From Kofleriaceae bacterium (lineage in GTDB: Bacteria > Myxococcota_A > Polyangia > Haliangiales > Haliangiaceae): a stretch of DNA of 45,616 nt. How positions within the stretch are numbered: position 1 is the stretch's first letter; the number at the start of each line of letters is the position of its first letter. A program made the translations under genes and the position numbers. Positions 39,156 to 45,616 of this stretch are shown in pieces. The stretch lies in contig JBKJLC010000031.1 in NCBI GenBank assembly GCA_046597055.1, positions 1 to 45,616 of the forward strand, read 5' to 3'. Below the pieces are notes generated by a model. That model saw only the letters and a list, made by a program, of their open reading frames with translations. It made no database searches and was not told the origin of the DNA.

Positions 39156-40550
39156 TCACGGCCGATAGGTGCCGGGATCGAGCGCGAACCGATGCAGCCA
39201 GCGGTGGATCTGCCAGCGGGCTTTGCCGGCCGCGCGCGCGACCGCGCTGATGTTGCCCGCGTGCGCCTCGAGCAAGGTCACGAGCTGCGCCCGCAGCGCG
39301 GCCTCGTCCTGGTCGAGCGGGGCGGCCGCTGTGGCCTCGGTGATGGCTGCGCTCGCCCGCACCGCGCGTGGCAGGTGGACCACGTCGATGGGACCGCCGC
39401 CGGCCAGCGCGACCGCGGCGGCCAGCGTCATGCTCAGCTCGCGCACGTTATCGGGCCAATCGTGCAGGAACAGCGCGCGGGCGGCGTCCGGCGTCAGCGT
39501 CGCCGTGCCGGCGCCGGCGCTGCGCAACAGCGCGGCCACCAGGATCGCGACGTCCTCGCGGCGCTCGGCCAGCGGTGGCAGCTCGACGATGAGGCCGGTC
39601 AGGCGGGCCAGCAGATCGCGCCGGAAGCGCCCGTCGGCCACGCGGGCGGCGAGATCGACGTGGGTCGCGGCCAACACCCGGACATCGACGCGCACCGCCA
39701 GCGACTCGCCGATCGGCACCACCTCGCGCTCCTGCAGCACCCGCAGGAGCGCGGCCTGGGCCGGCGGTGGCAGGTCGCCGATCTCGTCGAGCAACAAGGT
39801 GCCGCCGTCGGCGGCGCGCACGTGGCCAAGCCGATCTTCGACGGCGCCCGAGAACGAGCCGCGGCGATGGCCGAACAACTCGGCCTCGACCAGCGCCACC
39901 GGCAGCGCGCCACAGTTGACGGCGACGAACGGGCCCGACCGGCCCGAATGGACGTGGATGGCGCGTGCCACCACCTCTTTGCCGGTACCGGTGTCGCCGG
40001 TCAGCAACACCGGCACGGTCGAGGTCGCCGCGGTCGCCGCCGCGCCGAGCTGCTCGGCGAACGGGCCCGAGAAGGTGACGATGCCGGGCAGGGCGCCGCG
40101 GGCGCGATCGGCGGCCAGGTCGGCATCGCCGTCGACCGGCGCGACGCCGTCGCGGAAGAGCAGGAAGCTGGTCCCGAGCTCGAGCAGGTCGCCATCTTCG
40201 AGCTGGGCCCGCTGTACCGGCCGCCCGTTGATGATGCTGCCGTTCTTCGAGCCCTGGTCCTCGAGCAGCCAGCGGCCGTGGATCCGAGACAGCAGCGCGT
40301 GCGACTCCGACATCGCCGTGTCCGGGAGGCTGAGCTCGAGCCGGCGCCGGCCGCCGCCGGTGACCCGCGCGGCGTCACGCCGCTTGCCGCGCCCGAGCCG
40401 GACCTGGTCGACGTCTTTCAGGAGGTGACGGCTCGACGGGTCGAGCGGTCGACCGCCGACGAGCGCGACGATCAGCTGCGGTTGCTCGTCGGCCGTGCGG
40501 TCGGGCCCGGCCCGCTTCAGCGTCACCGTTTCGGAGCTGCGCGGTCCCAT
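39156..40550 (-). CDS. FHA-domain sigma54-dependent transcriptional activator (FHA-AAA+-Fis HTH)
   Basis: FHA LGRG...MSESHA...DQGSKNG; GDTGTGKE, ELFGHRRGSFSGA, LLLDEIGDL, FRRDLLARL, WPDNVREL; HTH GNISAVARAAG. Confidence 0.95.
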   Translation of the reverse strand: MGPRSSETVTLKRAGPDRTADEQPQLIVALVGGRPLDPSSRHLLKDVDQVRLGRGKRRDAARVTGGGRRRLELSLPDTAMSESHALLSRIHGRWLLEDQGSKNGSIINGRPVQRAQLEDGDLLELGTSFLLFRDGVAPVDGDADLAADRARGALPGIVTFSGPFAEQLGAAATAATSTVPVLLTGDTGTGKEVVARAIHVHSGRSGPFVAVNCGALPVALVEAELFGHRRGSFSGAVEDRLGHVRAADGGTLLLDEIGDLPPPAQAALLRVLQEREVVPIGESLAVRVDVRVLAATHVDLAARVADGRFRRDLLARLTGLIVELPPLAERREDVAILVAALLRSAGAGTATLTPDAARALFLHDWPDNVRELSMTLAAAVALAGGGPIDVVHLPRAVRASAAITEATAAAPLDQDEAALRAQLVTLLEAHAGNISAVARAAGKARWQIHRWLHRFALDPGTYRP

Positions 40551-40577
40551 CGCATGATTCTAACCGGCCGCCACCGT

Positions 40578-42554
40578 CTACGGGTTGACCACGACCAGCT
40601 CGGCGCCCGCGGTTCGATCCAGCCGGGCCGCACCCAGCAGCTGATTGGTCGCGCGCAGGCGCCAACCGCCGAGGGTGGTATCGTTCTGGTGGACTGCGAC
40701 CGAGGTCAGCGCGCCGCCACTCTGGGTTGCGATGCCCAGGCCCCAGGCGCTGCGCAGCACCAGGTCGTCGCGACCATCACCGGTGACGTCCGTGAACATC
40801 GCGATCTGATCGGCGGCTCCGAACAACCAGCTGCCCATCCAGGTGCCGAACGCCTGCCCGGCCAGGACCTGCCAGGCGCCGGCGGGGCTGAGCCCGATGG
40901 CGTTGATGCCCCAGCCGCTCCTGATGACGAGCTCCTGGCGGCCGTCGCCGTCCAGGTCACCGACGCCGGGGATGGTGTCCGTGCTCGCGAGGTGCCAGCC
41001 GAACATCCAGCCGCCGTTCGGACACGACGCCGGCACGCGGAACCCGCCCGGCGGCCGGGTGAAGCCACCCGGATTGACCACCGACAGCAGGCCCAGGCCC
41101 CAGCTCGAGCGCACGATGACCTCGGCGCCGTTGCCGTTGAAGTCGCCCGCGCCCTCGAACCGGTGGTCGGCGGCCAGCCACCAACCGCCCAGCGACGAGT
41201 TGTTGGCGCCGAGCGCGATGGCACCCAGGCTCGCGCCCCGGAGCGACCACACGCCGATGCCCCAGCTGTTGCGTACGAACAGGTCGGTCTTGCCGTCCGC
41301 ATCGAAGTCCCTGGCGAACAGGAACTGCTCGTTGCCGGTGGTCTTCCAGCTCACGACCCAGTCGCCCCACGGGACCATGGTGAGCACGCGCAGCTGGTCA
41401 GTGTAGCTCAGGATGCCGAACCCCCACGCGCTGCGGACCAGGAACTCGGTGTGTCGATCGCCGTTCATGTCGCCGATGGCCTGAAAGCTGTCGCCGGGCG
41501 TGAGCAACCACCAGGCCGAGCTGCCGTCGCCGGGCGGCACCCAGGTGCCAAAGCTCCACGCGCCGAACAGGCCGAGCGCCGGCCCGTAGCGGTGCGAGAC
41601 CAGCCCGAAGCCGTCGTCATTGCGGAGCAGCAGGTCTTCCTGCCCGTCGCCATCGGCGTCGCCGATCACCTGCACCCCGTCGGTCTTCCGGTAGAACCAC
41701 CAGCCGACCGCAGACTGGTCGACCACCTTCTCCGAGGCGCGCAGTCCAGACGAGCGAAACGTGAGCTCGCCGAGCGCGGCGTCGCCCCGGATGTCCTGGG
41801 CGCAGCTGCACTGCCCGGCGCCGGCCGACATGCGATCGATGACCGGCATGGCGTCGGGCCCGCACTCGGTCAAGGAGCCGCACAGCTCCGCCGACCTGGC
41901 GAGCACGGTCTGCATGCAGCGGTCGACCAGGTAGGGAATCGATTGGTTCGTGGTGTCGAAGCCGGGCCGGTTCTCGTCGTGGCGATAGTCGTGCTGGTGC
42001 ATCGCCTCGTGCCACACGGTCTGGGCGACCCACTGCTCGGGGAACGGCAGGTTCGGGTTCAACCAGCTGCGCACCGCCGCCAGGGAGAACGTCATGGTCT
42101 CGGCGCGCGTGCCGACCTCTTCCACGCCGGCGCTGCCGGTGAAGGCCCCGGTCTCGAGGCAGTTGTACTTGAGGTCGTTCACGGTGCGCGTCGAGCGCAG
42201 CACCCGCGCGACCTGGTCGGCGCGCGACGCGCCGCTCAGCGGATCGCCCGCCGACGGGAGGTAGGGGCCGGTCGGAAACGGCGCGGGGACGCCGCCCAGG
42301 CGCACGGCGCGATCGATACACTCCTCGAACGCCGGCGTCAGCGCGGCCGCGCGGCCTTTGAGCATCGCGCGTTCGAGCAGCGGTGCGAACTCGGCCGGGC
42401 ACGCCAGGGCCGGCTCGCCGGTGTGCGAGATGGGCCCGAGGAGCGGCGCCTCGGTCTCGTCGAGGTCCGCCTCGGTCGTGAGGCAGGCGCCGCACAGGGC
42501 CAGTCCTGCCATCAGGGTCAGCGTCGTGGATGGGGTCAGTCGCGAGATTCGCAT
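40578..42554 (-). CDS. Exported zinc metallopeptidase-like protein with FG-GAP/VCBS repeats
   Basis: Lipoprotein-like signal ALCGAC; WHEAMHQHDYRH (HExxH plus a third His); repeats GDADGDGQEDLLLR, GDMNGDRHTEFLVRSAWG, GDLDGDGRQELVIRSGWG. Start at ATG 42554. Confidence 0.85.
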   Translation of the reverse strand: MRISRLTPSTTLTLMAGLALCGACLTTEADLDETEAPLLGPISHTGEPALACPAEFAPLLERAMLKGRAAALTPAFEECIDRAVRLGGVPAPFPTGPYLPSAGDPLSGASRADQVARVLRSTRTVNDLKYNCLETGAFTGSAGVEEVGTRAETMTFSLAAVRSWLNPNLPFPEQWVAQTVWHEAMHQHDYRHDENRPGFDTTNQSIPYLVDRCMQTVLARSAELCGSLTECGPDAMPVIDRMSAGAGQCSCAQDIRGDAALGELTFRSSGLRASEKVVDQSAVGWWFYRKTDGVQVIGDADGDGQEDLLLRNDDGFGLVSHRYGPALGLFGAWSFGTWVPPGDGSSAWWLLTPGDSFQAIGDMNGDRHTEFLVRSAWGFGILSYTDQLRVLTMVPWGDWVVSWKTTGNEQFLFARDFDADGKTDLFVRNSWGIGVWSLRGASLGAIALGANNSSLGGWWLAADHRFEGAGDFNGNGAEVIVRSSWGLGLLSVVNPGGFTRPPGGFRVPASCPNGGWMFGWHLASTDTIPGVGDLDGDGRQELVIRSGWGINAIGLSPAGAWQVLAGQAFGTWMGSWLFGAADQIAMFTDVTGDGRDDLVLRSAWGLGIATQSGGALTSVAVHQNDTTLGGWRLRATNQLLGAARLDRTAGAELVVVNP

Positions 42555-42567
42555 GGGCCGGCCCTTG

Positions 42568-42583
42568 TGCAGCCGATGTGCCG
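42568..42583 (-). promoter_or_regulatory. sigma54 -24/-12 promoter of the FG-GAP peptidase gene
   Basis: CGGCACATCGGCTGCA, close to the consensus YGGCAC-N5-YTGCW; the GC lies about 15 nt before ATG 42554. Confidence 0.7.
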
Positions 42584-42620
42584 CCCGGACGCACGCGCAA
42601 GCGCCTGACGTTGCCAGGCG

Positions 42621-42677
42621 TGGCACACAGACCGGCGGTGACACCCCCTGTGCCAGGGCACCTGCCTCACGGTGCCA
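42621..42677. promoter_or_regulatory. Putative enhancer (UAS) repeats
   Basis: TGGCAC (42621), GGCGGTGACA (42634), GTGCCA (42650 and 42672). Confidence 0.5.
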
Positions 42678-43291
42678 GTCGACGGCGCGCGGCCTACCGC
42701 GGATCAGCGATGGCTCGGCCAGCTGGCGGTCGGTCGGTAGCCCCAGGTCGTGATCTGGCGATGAACCGCAACGGGGGGCACCAGGGGATCGACGTCGAAC
42801 CGGGTGCTGGGCAGCCTGGCCGGGCCAGCCGGCGTGGTCCTGCGGCGGACCGCGGGGCGACCTCACCGGCCGCGCGACCAACCGCTGGTCCGTCGAGCCC
42901 GCGCCGCGCAACGTCACGGTCGGCGTGCGCGTGTGCGCCGACCCGCCACGCGCGTGAGCCCGGGCTCCGGGGCGGGAGCTCCCGGCCCATTCTGCCCGCG
43001 GGGCTGGGCGCAGGCTGCGCCGGTGCGAGCCACCGCGGTGCCGTGATGCGCGTGGCCTGTCGTGGTGGCGAATGGCCTCAGCGGCGAGGGACTCGCTAGC
43101 GTCGGTCACACCGCCGGCGCGTCCTGACGGCCGAGTCGCCCCCCACCGAGCGACGATTCCTGACGGACGCCTCCCCATGATCAGCGACATCGCGGACGTG
43201 AATGGTGAATGATGCGGGGCTCGCGAACGTCACCGAGTACGCCGCCGTATGATGGCGCGGTCCGTCTCCGGGCAATCAAAGAGGGTTCCAT

Positions 43292-44131
43292 ATGACTCGT
43301 TCCACGCTTGCTGCCGTCATTATTGCTGTTTCACTTTCATCCGCCTGTGCCGGCGGTGGGTCGTTTCGAGGGAGCGCCTCGGTCAGCGCGAGTGCCGAGA
43401 TCAAACTCCCGATCGCCCAGATGCCGGCCAAGTACGCCTCGTGGGTCGTCGAAGCCGAGGGCTACCTGTTCGCGGTCAACCAGGCCTATGACATGCACGG
43501 CCGAGCGACCGCCGAGCTCGCCGCGGCGCTCGGGGTCGAAGCCAATGCCGATGCGATCGCCAACTTCATCCGCAGCGCGATCCAGGTGAAGACGACGCTG
43601 GTGTGCCAGCCGCCGAGCTTCAACGCAGGTCTCGTCGGCGAGTGCAGCGCCAGCGCCAACGCTCGTGCTGCCGGCAACGCCGGTAATGGCGGAGCATCGG
43701 GCCAGGCGTCGGCCGGCATCCAGGCCAACTGTCGCGCCAGGGCGACCCTGAGCTTGAGCCCTGGCCGCTGCACGCTGAACACGACCGTCAGCCAGCACCC
43801 GATTCTGAGCGACCCGAACAAGTGGGCCAGGATCGAAGCGAACATGAAGATCGTCCTGCAGCTGAGCGCGGCCAACGAGCACATGAGCGGACGCGGCGCC
43901 GACATCAACGTGCGTGGCATGAAGCTCTACGTCGAGTCCGTCACCGATCTCGCCAGCGAGCCGACACTCATCCTGCAGATCAACAACATCCAGGCCGAGC
44001 TGCAGAAGGGCGCCAACGCGTGTGGCGAGGCGAACGACAAGCAGCTCGCCATGAACAGCGATCTCAACACGATGTCCGGCGCCATCGATGCGCAGTTCCC
44101 CGATCTGCGTGGGGCCGTCAACGTCCGCTGA
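43292..44131 (+). CDS. Lipoprotein, Ala/Gly/Asn-rich with spaced cysteines
   Basis: AGAGGG RBS; lipobox SSAC; CQPP...C...C...PGRC; helical C-terminus. Confidence 0.8.
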   Translation: MTRSTLAAVIIAVSLSSACAGGGSFRGSASVSASAEIKLPIAQMPAKYASWVVEAEGYLFAVNQAYDMHGRATAELAAALGVEANADAIANFIRSAIQVKTTLVCQPPSFNAGLVGECSASANARAAGNAGNGGASGQASAGIQANCRARATLSLSPGRCTLNTTVSQHPILSDPNKWARIEANMKIVLQLSAANEHMSGRGADINVRGMKLYVESVTDLASEPTLILQINNIQAELQKGANACGEANDKQLAMNSDLNTMSGAIDAQFPDLRGAVNVR

Positions 44132-44511
44132 CGCGAGCTGATCTCGAGCTAGCTCGCTGGCGCGAGCCGGGCGCGGCGCCGTCGATCCGACGGCGGCGAC
44201 GAACAGCGCTTCCTGCCCGCGGCGGCCTCACCGCGGGCCGGTTGCTGGAAGGCTTCGAGGAACAGCTTCTGGTCAAGGCGGGGTAGCTCGCGCCCACGGC
44301 GACGGAGCAGCTCGGCGGCGGCTAATCAAGACGCGGTAGTAGCCGGCGGCGTGCTCGGCCAGCGTCGTCTCAAGCTCGGTGGTCATCAGCATCGGATTGC
44401 CGGCGGTCCACCTGGAGCAACACGACTTCTCGGTCGCGGTCGAGTTGCGCCATCCGATGCCGCTGCCCAAGGCCGTCGCAGGCTGACGACGTGTCCGCGC
44501 TGGTCACCGAG

Positions 44512-44880
44512 CTACGCGTCGTCCGCCGGCTCGACGAGCTGGCGGATCACCATCGTGGCGTAGGTGCCGGTCATCGCCAGGAACCGCACGACGAGGGACA
44601 TCGACCCGGGGTGGAGCTCGTCGGCCTCGACCGATCCGGCGTGGAGCTTGACCGGTACCCACAGGCTGCGCTCGACGAGCGTCGGTCGCGCCGTCAGCGT
44701 GGTCGCGTCGAGCTCGTGGCCCTCGATCTCGCACACCGCGTCGAGCGCGAGGTCGGTGCGGCGTGGGAAGGCGAGCCGGCCGACGTGCTCGACGTCGACC
44801 AGCCGGTGGTCGTCGGCCAGCCGGTGGGCCACCCGCGCGCTCGCCGCCTGGTTCCAGCGCCGGCTGTTGGACGCCGACAC
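44512..44880 (-). pseudogene. 3' fragment of a TruD-like pseudouridine synthase gene
   Basis: VSASNSRRWNQAASARV resembles TruD SAxQSxLWN. ERSLWV...ADELHPG...LVVRFLAMTGTYATMVIRQL resembles the TruD C-terminus FxLPxGSYATxVLREL. The N-terminal catalytic half is absent. Confidence 0.55.
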
Positions 44881-45047
44881 AACAACGCGGTCAGCGACGT
44901 GCAGGTCGGGTCGATGACGATGTCGATGTCCTGTGTCGAACGCGGCACGCCGTGGTACGTGCTCGCAAACGAGCCTGCGACCATGTAGGGCACCCCGACG
45001 GCATCGAGGTGCGCCGCCATCCGCGAGAGCAGGTCGCCGACGCTCAC
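44881..45047 (-). pseudogene. 5' fragment of a minimal nucleotidyltransferase-family gene
   Basis: GTG at 45047 (GTGA overlap); LDAVGVPYMVAGSFASTYHGVPRSTQDIDIVID carries the GS...DxD motif; coding character is lost after about 55 codons. Confidence 0.7.
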
Positions 45048-45294
45048 GGCGTCAGGAGCGGCGCGACGGGCCAACCGCGGCGAAAGAGCTCATCCCCCAG
45101 CAGGAGCCGCAGCAGCGCGTGACGAACATCGCTGCTCGAGTACGTCGGGTGACGCTCGCGAATGCCCGCCGCAGCGATCTTGCGGGTGTCTTCGGACATC
45201 TCGACGGCTACCGCGACGCGCGCAGCTGCGTCATGCGTCGGTAACATTCCATCTGGGCCTGGTGGGCGGCGAGGGTGGTGTCACGAGAACGCAT
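45044..45294 (-). pseudogene. Small partner gene of the nucleotidyltransferase with a 1-nt frameshift
   Basis: Restoring one base near 45228 gives MRSRDTTLAAHQAQMECYRRMTxAARVAVAVEMSEDTRKIAAAGIRERHPTYSSSDVRHALLRLLLGDELF. Confidence 0.65.
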
Positions 45295-45495
45295 CGCCCG
45301 ACGAGGATCGCGCAGCTCAGCTCGCAGCTCGTCATGAACCTCGTCGGCGTCGATCAGCGCGACGCGGCCGCCGGTGACGTCAGCGACCCGCCGGGCGATC
45401 TCCTGTCCCCATGCTTGCTCCCAGCTGGGATCCATCGGGCCATTGTCGAGGCTCTCGGAGAACTCCTCGCGCTCATGCTCTGGACGGCTGGCCAT
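45295..45495 (-). CDS. Addiction-module component (TIGR02574-like antitoxin) that reads in frame into the next gene
   Basis: ESLD...WEQAWGQEIARRVADVTGGRVALIDADEV; no stop codon before ATG 45294. Confidence 0.55.
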
Positions 45496-45616
45496 CGAGC
45501 ACCGAGTGTAGCGCCCGCTCTGCCAGCTTCGATCTGAAGCTCGGCGGTCGCGGGAGGGTCACGAACTACCTCGACAAAGAGGATGCGCAACCAGTTGAAA
45601 TTGCTAGTGACCCCAA

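Noticed and set aside
35483..42608. 1183-aa and 1245-aa plus-strand ORFs
   Set aside because: Antisense to the PHP, activator and FG-GAP genes, with no recognisable motifs
1..45616. tRNA, rRNA, integrase or transposase genes
   Set aside because: No recognisable signatures by eye; a covariance-model scan would be needed to exclude small ncRNAs, for example in 42680-43290

Overview
Very GC-rich bacterial DNA whose gene content points to a myxobacterium, by inference probably Haliangiales/Kofleriaceae-like: Hanks-type kinases, an FHA-sigma54 activator, Cys-rich lipoproteins and PA14/FG-GAP secreted proteins. From left to right the window holds: the 5' part of a poly-HAMP sensor preceded by a three-gene DUF5985-type cassette; a dual Ser/Thr kinase-TPR-propeller lipoprotein operon; a kinase-WD40 gene; a YkgJ-like gene; tesB; a frameshifted surface-protein gene; a bacterial PARG (TIGR02452-type) gene under an NrtR-like palindrome; an S8 protease; YaiI; a di-heme cytochrome; a RelE-like/UvrD/ankyrin fusion; two tandem double-glycine-leader peptides; a REC-HDOD and histidine kinase pair; a PA14 lipoprotein; an FHA-sigma54 activator flanked by two secreted metallohydrolases with matching -24/-12 promoters and upstream repeats; and a decayed toxin-antitoxin/truD scar. 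I saw no rRNA, tRNA, CRISPR array or transposase. Most long ORFs in the supplied track are antisense or alternative-frame shadows. The best candidates for undescribed biology are the RelE-helicase-ankyrin protein, the GG-leader peptide pair, the NrtR-box/PARG unit and the self-contained sigma54 regulon. All family names come from motif recognition by eye, not from database searches.
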